From an uncultured Planctomycetota bacterium (GTDB taxonomy: Bacteria; Planctomycetota; Planctomycetia; Gemmatales; Gemmataceae), in assembly GCA_963784995.1 (NCBI GenBank), contig CAWATZ010000006.1, positions 136,853 through 200,852 of the forward strand: DNA of 64,000 nt. Direction: 5' to 3'. A program made the position numbers and the translations under genes. Shown piece after piece: positions 49,807-58,307 of the stretch (its first letter is position 1; each line of letters begins with the position of its first letter). The notes beneath the pieces are model-generated. The model did no database searches. It had not been told where the DNA came from and saw nothing but the letters and a program-made list of their open reading frames with translations.

Positions 49807-50195
49807 TGATGTTTCCTCCCGTTGACCCGGGCCAGTTCGTCTTCGACCAGCCGCAGGATCTCAGCCGGCGACAGGGCGCTCTCCACCGCCTCCCGCAAGG
49901 CGGCCCGGATGCGCCCCTGAACGATGTGCTTGCGTCGCGCCTGACACAGCTCCGGAGCCCTGGGCGTCACTTCCATCCCCTTGCCGCGCACCACCGATAC
50001 CAGCCCCTGCCGCTCCAGCTCCTGGACCGCCCGGGCCGCCGTGTTGGGATGCACCAGCAGCCGCTGAGCCAGGTCGCGCACGCTGGGGATCATCGTCCCC
50101 GGAGTCAGTCCGCCCGAGGCAATGGCGAAGATGACCTGCGTGACGATCTGCTCGTAGACCGGGACGTTGCTGTCCTTTTCAATGGAAATCAGCAT
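49803..50195 (-). CDS. GntR-family (YtrA-like short) transcriptional regulator
   Basis: 130 aa: PVYEQIVTQVIFAIASGGLTPGTMIPSVRDLAQRLLVHPNTAARAVQELERQGLVSVVRGKG, a winged HTH. First gene of the minus-strand operon. Confidence 0.85.
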   Translation of the reverse strand: MLISIEKDSNVPVYEQIVTQVIFAIASGGLTPGTMIPSVRDLAQRLLVHPNTAARAVQELERQGLVSVVRGKGMEVTPRAPELCQARRKHIVQGRIRAALREAVESALSPAEILRLVEDELARVNGRKHQ

Positions 50196-50398
50196 GCTGG
50201 CACCAATCCCCGGTTTTCCGCACTGAAGCCAGGCAAGGGCAATAAGAACACCGACCCGGGGTGGAAGTGTACCAGGTCCACGTTACACTAGGACGGTGGG
50301 TGCGGCAAGAGGCAATCCGGGGCAGATCAGCGAAAAAAGTTGACTGAGGAAGTTGCGCGGCCCTGTTTTTTGTTTTTGAACTGCCTTGCTTCGTTCGA

Positions 50399-50559
50399 CT
50401 TTTGCCGATTTGGAGTGCGGCAGTAGCTTTGCTCTGCCGCTTTTGTTTCTTCTGTTGGTTTTTGTTTCTTGGACTGGCCTAACAAGGGAAAAGCAAAAAC
50501 AAAAGACCAAACAAAAGCGGCAGAGCAAAGCTACTGCCGCACTCCATAATCGGCAAAAG
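50399..50559. promoter_or_regulatory. AT-rich 160-bp nested palindrome (about 47-bp near-perfect outer stem, each arm containing its own gcggcag...ctgccgc hairpin), 200-360 bp upstream of the gntR operon start
   Basis: tttgccgatttggagtgcggcagtagctttgctctgccgcttttgtt pairs with aacaaaagcggcagagcaaagctactgccgcactccataatcggcaaa. Local GC is far below the window average, with ttttgtttt runs. Confidence 0.45.
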
Positions 50560-50585
50560 TGGAGCTTAGGGTGTTGTGTCTTCTG

Positions 50586-50879
50586 TTACCGCACCACGTG
50601 AAACCCCGTGAACTGTCCCGTCGCCGGCCGTTCCTCGATCTTCTCCTCATCGACGTAGTTCCGCATCCGCTGCCGCACTTCCTGGAGAAAGCGCTGCACT
50701 TCCGGCTCAGCTCCCTCCACCAGCAGCTGCACCCGTCCATCGGAGAGATTGCGCACCCAGCCGGTCACGTTGTGGCCGTGCGCGATCGAAACCGCCGTCG
50801 CCCGGAAGCCGACACCCTGAACCATCCCGGAGTAATACACCATCCGGGCCGTCCGGCCGCTGCCGCTCTCCGCGCTCAT
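50586..50879 (-). CDS. acyP: acylphosphatase
   Basis: VQGVGFRATA...GWVRNLSDGRVQLLVEGAEPEVQRFL, the classic acylphosphatase signatures. Confidence 0.85.
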   Translation of the reverse strand: MSAESGSGRTARMVYYSGMVQGVGFRATAVSIAHGHNVTGWVRNLSDGRVQLLVEGAEPEVQRFLQEVRQRMRNYVDEEKIEERPATGQFTGFHVVR

Positions 50880-50965
50880 TTCCCTCTCCTCGGTCTCATC
50901 CCAGGCGATCCTTTCAGTCTACCGCATCAGGACAAACAGAGCAGCCCTGCCCAGCTTTGTCTCCA

Positions 50966-52438
50966 TCAGCGCCGCCGTGCCGTGAAGTACAGCTTGCCTC
51001 CGAAGCGCGTCAATCCCGCCGGCGCGGCCCCCCGTGGGCCCGTGCTGATGCGGGTGACCATTTCGGTGCCGTTCGCACTTCCGGTGGTACTCCAGAGTTG
51101 ATCGCCGTTGATCCCATCGTCAGCCACGAAATACAGCTTGTCGCGGAAGACGATCAGGTGGGTCGGGCTGGAAGAATGCGTGCGTGTGCGGTCCGTGGTC
51201 TCGACGTCCTTCTCGGTGTTGACGTCCAGGGCCATCTCGGTGCCGGCCGCGCTGCCGGTGGTGCTCCACAGTTCCACTCCATGAACGCCGTCGTCGGCCG
51301 AGAAATAGAGCTTGCCGTTGAACACCGTCAGGTGGGAGGGGTTTGACGACAGGGTGCGGTTGCTTTCCTTGTTCCTGGGGTCCGCCTTCGCCTTGTTGAG
51401 GTCCAGGACCATCTCGGTGCCGTTCCCTGACCCGGTCGTCCGCCACAGCTCGATTCCGTGAACGCCGTCGTTGGCCGTGAAGTACAGCTGGCCGTTGAAG
51501 ACGATCAGTTCGGCCGGTTCGGCCCCGCGTGGGCCCTTGCCGATCAGCCGGACGATCTCCGTGCCGTTGCCGCTGCCGGTTGTGCTCCACAGTTGCACAC
51601 CACTGAGCCCATCGTCGGCCGTGAAATAGAGCTTGCCGTCGAACACCGTTAGATTGCGGACACTGCCACCCCTGGCTCCGCGTCCGATCAGACAGACCAT
51701 CTCGGTGCCGTTCCGGTGCCCGGTGGTGCTCCACAGCTGCACTCCGTTGACCCCGTCGTCGGCCGTGAAATAGAGCTTGCCGTTGAACACCGTCAGGTTG
51801 GCGGGATTGGAAGAGCGCGTGCGATTGCTCTTCCTGTCCTCGGGGTTGACTCTGACCTCGTCAAGGTCCAGGACCATCTCGGTGCCGGCCGCGCTGCCGG
51901 TGGTGCTCCACAGTTCCACCCCATGAACGCCATCGTCGGCCGTGAAATAGAGCTTGCCGTTGAACCCCGTTAGATTGCCGACGTTGACCCCTTTGGGTCC
52001 GCGTCCGATCAGACAGACCATCTCGGTGCCGTTGCCGCTGCCGGTTGTGCTCCACATCTGCACCCCGTTGACCCCGTCGTCGGCCGTGAAATAGAGCTTG
52101 CCGCTGAACACCGTCAAGTTACTGGGATTGGAGGAGAGTGTCCGTTTCTGGGCCGCGTCGTCGGCTTCCTTCTCGGTGTTGACGTCCAGCACCATTTCGG
52201 TATCGTTCCCATCCCCGGCGGTGCTCCACAGTTCCACCCCATGCTCGCCATCGTCGGCGGTGAAATAGAGCTTACCGGCGAAAACAACCAGGTCAGGAGG
52301 GGTGGGAAGGCTGAACTTGACGTGACCTGGCTGGATCAGGGCGGTGCCGTTCCAGCTGCCGGTGGTGCTCCACAGTTCGGCACCCAGGACGGCGGCTGCC
52401 ACCAGGAAGAGAGCCGGAAACAGGAGAAGCCACTTCAT
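50966..52438 (-). CDS. secreted ELWxxDGT-repeat protein (about 10 repeats)
   Basis: Signal peptide MKWLLLFPALFLVAAAVLGA. Ten units of ...GKLYFTADDGVHGVELWSTTGSxxGTEMV... . Confidence 0.8.
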   Translation of the reverse strand: MKWLLLFPALFLVAAAVLGAELWSTTGSWNGTALIQPGHVKFSLPTPPDLVVFAGKLYFTADDGEHGVELWSTAGDGNDTEMVLDVNTEKEADDAAQKRTLSSNPSNLTVFSGKLYFTADDGVNGVQMWSTTGSGNGTEMVCLIGRGPKGVNVGNLTGFNGKLYFTADDGVHGVELWSTTGSAAGTEMVLDLDEVRVNPEDRKSNRTRSSNPANLTVFNGKLYFTADDGVNGVQLWSTTGHRNGTEMVCLIGRGARGGSVRNLTVFDGKLYFTADDGLSGVQLWSTTGSGNGTEIVRLIGKGPRGAEPAELIVFNGQLYFTANDGVHGIELWRTTGSGNGTEMVLDLNKAKADPRNKESNRTLSSNPSHLTVFNGKLYFSADDGVHGVELWSTTGSAAGTEMALDVNTEKDVETTDRTRTHSSSPTHLIVFRDKLYFVADDGINGDQLWSTTGSANGTEMVTRISTGPRGAAPAGLTRFGGKLYFTARRR

Positions 52439-52781
52439 CGTCGGACACTCGCAAGGAGATCAAGGGTGCCCTCACTGTAATGCCGACAGGGATTCGGGTC
52501 AAAACCAGTCGGCGAGAAAAACGGCGCAGCGGAACGGCGCTGCCGTCATTGTCGCCAGGGGGGTTGGGGAAGGACCCCAAACAACCAGGCAGCCGCGTGC
52601 GTAGTAGACCCAGGAGCAGAAGAAGGAGGTTGTCGCGAACGCCATCTCGGATTCCCTGGCAAAGCTGGAAAAAGCAGCAAGTCCGGCAAAATCGTTGCCG
52701 GCGGAACTTGACAGACGATGGTCTGGAGGGTTGAATTACTTAAAGATTTAGGCTTTAGTCCTTCTGTGTTGGAGAGCGGTC

Positions 52782-53165
52782 GTGGACGAGGTTCCCACAC
52801 CGACGCCCCGCGAGCTGCAAATCCTGAAGGTGCTCTGGGACCAGGGCCCTTGCAGCGTGCGCGACGTCCATCAGCAGCTGATCAAGCAGGAGCCGGGATT
52901 GGCCTCCAACACGGTGCAGACCATGCTCCGGATCATGGAGGGGAAGCGTCTGGTGCGCCACGAACTGGAAGGCCGGTCGTTCATCTACGAGGCCCGCTTC
53001 ACGCGGGCGCAGAGTACGGCCCGGTTTCTGGAGCGGGCCTTTGGCGGCACGCCGTCCCAGCTGGTGCAGAGCTTGCTGGAAGGCGAGCCGGTTTCAACGG
53101 AAGAGCTGGACCGGATGCAGCGGTTGATCGACGACGCCCGGCGTCGGCGCGTCAAGCGCAGCTGA
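52782..53165 (+). CDS. BlaI/MecI/CopY-family transcriptional repressor
   Basis: PTPRELQILKVLWDQGPCSVRDVHQQL...NTVQTMLRIMEGKRLV. Winged-helix and C-terminal dimerisation helix. Confidence 0.8.
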   Translation: MDEVPTPTPRELQILKVLWDQGPCSVRDVHQQLIKQEPGLASNTVQTMLRIMEGKRLVRHELEGRSFIYEARFTRAQSTARFLERAFGGTPSQLVQSLLEGEPVSTEELDRMQRLIDDARRRRVKRS

Positions 53166-53240
53166 ATCCGGCCTGTCGTTTGCCCGTCCTCGTGGCGGGT
53201 GGTTGCGGTTTCGTATCCACTTGAAAAAAGGAGAATTCTC

Positions 53241-54365
53241 ATGCTGTTGCAGTCTCCCGCTCCGAAGGCGAAGCGGGTCTCTCGTCGCTGGCCCCTGATG
53301 CTGGCTGGCGGCCTGCTGGGGCTATCGATCATCGCGGCCGGCGTCGGTCTGAAGGCCGTGGCCGCTCCGCCGGCCGAACCGAAGAAGGAAGAACCCCGCA
53401 AGGAAGAGCTGAAGGGGCAGCCGAACAAGGAACAGCCCAAGAAAAACAAACCCGCTGACCAGGATCCGCGTGAGCAGTTTCCTGACTTCTTCAAACAGTT
53501 CGACAACGTGCCCGGCGTGGAGCCGGAAATGCTGAAGCATCTCCGCGAGGAGATGGAGCGGACCCACGCCGAGATGCGGCGCGCGATGGAGATGGCCCGG
53601 CAGATGCAGGGCGGCCAGTTCCGGGGCGGGATGCTGATGCCGCAGTTTGCCCCGCTGGGGCAGTTCGGCCGGCAAGGGCCGGCGCGTGAGGGCCGGCTGG
53701 GCGCTCGCGTCGAGAAGCCGAGCGAGACCCTGGTGGAGCAGCTGGACCTGCCGCAGGGCCAGGGGCTGGTCGTGGACGAGGTCCGTCCCGATTCGGCCGC
53801 CAGCAAGGCGGGACTGAAGGCGCACGACATCCTGCTGGAGGTCAACGGCAAGGCGGTCTCCAACGACCCCCACGACTTTGTCAAGCAGGTGGACGCGATC
53901 AAGGCCAACACGCCGGTCGAAGTGGTGCTGCTGCGCAAGGGCAAGAAAGAGACGCTCAAGGGCCTGACCCTGCCGGAAGCCAAGGTGGAGAAGCCGGCGG
54001 CGCGCGGGGGCTTCGGCTTTGATTTCCCCTTCGACAACGCCTTTCCGGGCAACTTCCCGGGTCAGTTTGGCGGCTTCCAGTTTGGGGGCTTCGGACCGGG
54101 CGGCAAGCCGGTGCTGATCCAGACCAGCCGCAATGGCGATGAGTTCACGGCTACCCGCAAGGAAGGCGACCTGACCATCACCGTCAAGGGCAAGGTCGAG
54201 GACGGCAAGGCCGTGCCCGGCACCATCGAGATCGACAGCGGCAACGGCGTCAAGAAGTACGAGAGCGTCGAGAAGGTCCCCGAGGAGCATCGCGACGCGG
54301 TCAAGGCCCTGCTGCGGATCATGACGGGCCAGCGCGTCCAGCGCGGCGGCCGGCAGCGGCTGTGA
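53241..54365 (+). CDS. membrane-anchored PDZ-domain protein (occupies the position usually held by a BlaR1/M56 sensor)
   Basis: ATG 53241 with aaggag RBS. A TM helix WPLMLAGGLLGLSIIAAGVGL. PDZ GLVVDEVRPDSAASKAGLKAHDILLEVNGKAV. No HExxH peptidase motif. Confidence 0.65.
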   Translation: MLLQSPAPKAKRVSRRWPLMLAGGLLGLSIIAAGVGLKAVAAPPAEPKKEEPRKEELKGQPNKEQPKKNKPADQDPREQFPDFFKQFDNVPGVEPEMLKHLREEMERTHAEMRRAMEMARQMQGGQFRGGMLMPQFAPLGQFGRQGPAREGRLGARVEKPSETLVEQLDLPQGQGLVVDEVRPDSAASKAGLKAHDILLEVNGKAVSNDPHDFVKQVDAIKANTPVEVVLLRKGKKETLKGLTLPEAKVEKPAARGGFGFDFPFDNAFPGNFPGQFGGFQFGGFGPGGKPVLIQTSRNGDEFTATRKEGDLTITVKGKVEDGKAVPGTIEIDSGNGVKKYESVEKVPEEHRDAVKALLRIMTGQRVQRGGRQRL

Positions 54366-54422
54366 GAAACCTCGGTTCGTCGCGGTAATCCAACTCCTCC
54401 CCCACCCTCGGAGGGTACGGGA

Positions 54423-54500
54423 GAAATGGCGAGCGGCGCGGCGTCAGCCCGCCGGTAAGGGCTTCCTACCGGCGGGCTGACGCCGCGCCGCTCGCCATTC
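54423..54500. repeat. family-3 palindrome (about 37-bp arms, gaaatggcgagcggcgcggcgtcagcccgccggtaagg / ccttaccggcgggctgacgccgcgccgctcgccatt); degenerate relative at 36863..36966
   Basis: Direct reading. Shares ggcgagcggcRcggcgtcagcccgc with the 36863 copy. Confidence 0.8.
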
Positions 54501-54527
54501 TTTTTGAACGCTCTCGCCCAGCCTGGC

Positions 54528-56158
54528 TCATTCCGCCCCAACGTGGGTGCCCTTCTCGGCCACCGAGCGCTTCATCAGCAGCACCAGGAACACCAGCAGG
54601 ATCCCCAGGACGGCGCACACCCAGAAGACGTCCAGGTAGGCCTGCTCCGACGCCTGCCGAAGCCGTTCCGCTGCCAGCCGCTTCAGGGTATCCTGGTGGG
54701 CGCCGACCGGATCGCTGGTCAGGTGCCGGAAGAAGGCCTCGCCCCGCTGGAACAAGGACTGGACGGGTAGGTTGAGCGGGGTGAGGTGATCGTCCAGACG
54801 CGCCAGGTGGAACTGCAGCCGGCGTTCCTGGATGGTCTGGCCCAGCGAGGTCCCCATGCTGCCCCCCTCATTGCGCAGCAGGGCAAACAGTCCTACTGCC
54901 GCCCCCCGCAGTTCCCGGGGGACGTACAGAAAGGCGGCCACGTTGATCGGAGCGAAGATCAGCGACAGGCCGATGATCATCACCACCCGCGGCCAGATCA
55001 CCTGCCAGGGACTGATCTGCAGGTTCGTCAGCGCCATCCAGTAACAGCCGGTGGCCATGATCAGCAGACCCGGGGCGATCAGCCAGCGGGCGTCCGTCCC
55101 CCGGCCCAGCAAGAAGCTGACGACCAGCATCACGGCGATGGCGAAGAAACCCGAGGGCATCATCACCAGACCCGAGTGATAGGCATCGTAGCCGAACAGG
55201 TTCTGGAGCAGGCCCGGCAGCGCCACCGTGGCGGCATACAGCACGCCGAAGGCGCAGACAATGATCAGACAGGACGCGGCCAGGTTGCGCTCGCCCAGGA
55301 CCCGCAAGTTGACCACCGGGTTGGCAATCCGCAGCTCCCGGACGATCAGTCCTCCCAGCGCCAGGACGAAGAGGATCAGCAGCGTCTGCACGCGCCAGAA
55401 GGGGTCGCTCAACCAGTCCCACTGCTGTCCCTTGCTGAGCATCACTTCCCAGCTGACCATGGCGACGGCCAGGAGCACCAGACCGCCGGTGTCGAAGTTC
55501 CACGCCGGCCTGCCGGCGCCGCTACGCTGCGGTTCAGGTGGGCACGCTCCTCCTTGAGGTAGTCCGGGTCTTCCACCAGGGCGGAACAGGCCAGGACGCT
55601 GAGGACGCCGACCGGGAGGTTGATGTAGAAGATCCAGCGCCAGTTGTAGGCATCGACCAGCCAGCCTCCCAGCGTTGGGCCGACAATGGGTCCGAACAGG
55701 GCGGCCACGCCGAACATGGTCATGGCCGCCCCCTGTTTCTCGCGCGGGAAGCTGTCGATCAGGATGGCCTGGCTGGACGGCTGCAGTCCGCCACCGGCCA
55801 GGCCCTGAAGCACCCGGAACAGGATCAGCTGCGGCAGGCTGCCCGCGATGCCGCACAGCCCCGAGGCAATGGTGAAGACGGTGATGGACAGCAGGAAGTA
55901 ATTGCGGCGGCCGAAATGGGCGGAGAGCCAGCCGGTGATCGGCAGCACAAAGGCGTTGGCGGCCAGGTAGCTGGTGATCACCCACTCGCTGTCGATTTCC
56001 GCGGCCGACAGGCCGCCCGCAATGTAGCGCAGGGCCACGTTGGTGACGGTGGTGTCCATCACCTCCATGAAGGTGGGCACGACGACGGCGACGGCGACCA
56101 GCCAGGGGTTGATCTGGCGTCGGCCCACCAGTCCAGGAGAAAGCGCTGCGCTGCTCAC
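54528..56158 (-). pseudogene. MFS drug-efflux transporter (DHA2/EmrB-QacA family, 14 TM) with one frameshift near 55515
   Basis: N-terminal 238 aa (MEVMDTTVTNVALRYIAGGL...FGRRNYFLLSITVFTIASGLCG) in frame 55442..56158. The remainder (GRPAWNFDTGGLVLLAVAMVSWEVMLSKG...) continues in frame 54528..55985. Confidence 0.75.
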
Positions 56159-56170
56159 GTGTCGTCTCCT

Positions 56171-56257
56171 GACGAGCCGCCTCTTCGATTTATCGTTTCG
56201 CGTTCGCCCACAAACCAGTGAACGCGAAACGCTAAATCAAATGCCCGCCGCTCGTCG
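56171..56257. repeat. REP-like palindrome, family 1, copy 3 (right arm partly degenerate)
   Basis: gacgagccgcctcttcgatttatcgtttcgcgttcg...gaacgcgaaacgctaaatcaaatgcccgccgctcgtcg. Confidence 0.85.
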
Positions 56258-56263
56258 TGGCTT

Positions 56264-57805
56264 TCAGGGCCTGGGGTTGATCGGGGCCCTCGGCAGCGGC
56301 GCCACCGCTTGCAGCTTCTTGCCGGCATTGGGCCCCGTGGGCGGCTCCTTGTAGCAGACGTAGGGTATCGCCGACAACCCGACGAACAGGGTGAACTGGT
56401 CCGGGTCGTAGTCGGTCAAATCGATGCGCACCGGCAGCCGCTGCACGATCTTGACGAAGTTGCCGGTGGCGTTCTCCGGCGGCAGCAGCGCCAGGGTCTG
56501 CCCGGTGCCCATGGTGAAGCCGGTGATCCGGCCGTGGAACTCATGCTGCTTGCCGTACGTGTCGATCTCGATGCGCACGTGCTGGCCGATGCGCAGGTCG
56601 GCCAGCTGGGTTTCCTTGAAGTTGGCGTCGATCCAGATCTCCGTCAGCGAGCGGACGGCCATCAGCTGCTGGCCCACGGCGACGTAATCGCCGGGGTTGA
56701 CGTTGCGGCGCGTGACCACGCCGTCGATGGCACTGACAACGTCACAGTAGCGCAGGTTCAGCTCGGCCTGCTCCAGGTCGGAGCGCGCCTTGAGGAGCCT
56801 GGCCTCGGCCTGTTTGACGGCGGGGGCGTTGGGGATCATGCGGGCGAGGATCTGGTTGAGATTGCCCGTGGGCGATTGCTTGTAGAAGGCGTCCAGGATC
56901 TCCTTGGGGGTAGCGGTCCACGAGGGCGGAACGTAGCCGATCTGGGTGCCGACCTGGAGCAGATCGCCGAGGGCCGCCCGGACGGTGGAGAAGGTCTGAT
57001 CGAGGTTGGCCGGCACCTCGGCCAGGTCCTGGCCGGCGGGGGGCTTGGCGGGCAGACCGAGGCCGACTCGGTCGGCATAGACCGTTTGCAGGGCCTGCTC
57101 GACGGCCGCCTCCTCCACCTTGACCGCCTGGCGGCGCTGGTCCAGCTCTTCCTTGCTGATGCCGCCGCTTGGCGCCAGCTCCTCACCGCGCTTGAAGTTG
57201 GCCCGGGCCAGCGCCAGCTTGGCCTTCTCGCTGTTGAGGGTGGCCACGTCGGCGCGGACCTTGGCGATCTGCGCATTGACGTCCTCGATGGCATGCTCGA
57301 GCTTGAAGCGATTGGCCCGGGCCTGGCCCACCAGGCTGCGCACCTGAGCCCTGGCCGCGGTCAGGTCCGTTTCGGCCTGGACCACCACGGCCTTCTGGAT
57401 CGCGACCTGGACCTGGTACGGTTCCTTGTCGATCTCGATCAGGACGTCTCCAGCTTTCACGTGGTAGTTGTCGTCCGCCAGCACGCGCTGGACTTGCCCG
57501 GCCACGCGGGGCGCCACCAAGGTGACGTGGCCATTGACGTAGGCATCGTCGGTGGAAATGGTGTTCAGCGCCGTTTCCACCCACGGAATAAGGAACCACA
57601 GGCCAATGCCCAGCACGACGGCTCCGCTTCCGATCCAGAGCCATTTCCGCCACGAAGGCTTATGGCGCGGCGGCGGCGCGGGAGGCTGCAGCTGAGGAGT
57701 GGGCGACGTGTCCCCCGGAGGGGGTGGTTGCGACGACACCGCGCCGGGACGAGCCGGCCGGCCGCTGTTCGGAGCTTCCCGATCCCGCTCGTTTGGGTTG
57801 TCCAT
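56264..57805 (-). CDS. HlyD-family membrane fusion protein (EmrA-like)
   Basis: 513 aa. N-terminal Pro-rich cytoplasmic tail, a TM helix WLWIGSGAVVLGIGLWFLI, coiled-coil and lipoyl/beta-barrel motifs (VTLVAPRVAGQVQRV, VVSAIDGVVTRRNVNPGDYV). Confidence 0.8.
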   Translation of the reverse strand: MDNPNERDREAPNSGRPARPGAVSSQPPPPGDTSPTPQLQPPAPPPRHKPSWRKWLWIGSGAVVLGIGLWFLIPWVETALNTISTDDAYVNGHVTLVAPRVAGQVQRVLADDNYHVKAGDVLIEIDKEPYQVQVAIQKAVVVQAETDLTAARAQVRSLVGQARANRFKLEHAIEDVNAQIAKVRADVATLNSEKAKLALARANFKRGEELAPSGGISKEELDQRRQAVKVEEAAVEQALQTVYADRVGLGLPAKPPAGQDLAEVPANLDQTFSTVRAALGDLLQVGTQIGYVPPSWTATPKEILDAFYKQSPTGNLNQILARMIPNAPAVKQAEARLLKARSDLEQAELNLRYCDVVSAIDGVVTRRNVNPGDYVAVGQQLMAVRSLTEIWIDANFKETQLADLRIGQHVRIEIDTYGKQHEFHGRITGFTMGTGQTLALLPPENATGNFVKIVQRLPVRIDLTDYDPDQFTLFVGLSAIPYVCYKEPPTGPNAGKKLQAVAPLPRAPINPRP

Positions 57806-57844
57806 CGCGGCCCGTCCTTTCGTGCAGTGGGTGGCGGGGCGATC

Positions 57845-58123
57845 TCAGACGATCCGAATGCGCTGAAAGGCGTGGGCAAAAAGTCTGGCGTGCTCGGCGG
57901 ACCAGTCCGCCTCCAGGTTGGCGAAGGCCGGTTGCTTCCTCCCTCTCCTTGCCTCAGGGGACCAGCGCGAGCGAACGTCCAGTTCGTGGACGTTGGGTCT
58001 GCTCAAGGGGGCCTGGCTCTCTTGATTGACGCGCTGGTTGAACCAGGCACACCACGCCGTGGCGAGGACCAGGGCGGCGACGTACAGCAGATACAGGTAA
58101 ATCAAGGTGTTCTGGAGCAGCAT
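57845..58123 (-). CDS. small membrane protein upstream of the HlyD/MFS efflux genes
   Basis: ATG 58123 with gaggagg RBS. MLLQNTLIYLYLLYVAALVLATAWCAWFNQRV. Confidence 0.5.
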   Translation of the reverse strand: MLLQNTLIYLYLLYVAALVLATAWCAWFNQRVNQESQAPLSRPNVHELDVRSRWSPEARRGRKQPAFANLEADWSAEHARLFAHAFQRIRIV

Positions 58124-58307
58124 GGTTCCGGTGCCTCCTCTTACTGTCCTCCATTCTGTCGTCAGGTGAAGGCTGTTCCGAGCCTTGGGGGCGAAACAAC
58201 AAACGTAGGTGCAACTGCCGTGCCAGGATTGTACAACAGTCGGTGGGCCGGCCTCGGTCGTCGGGTCAACGACGAGTTGTCGGCCCTGCACCACAAGAGA
58301 GGACACC

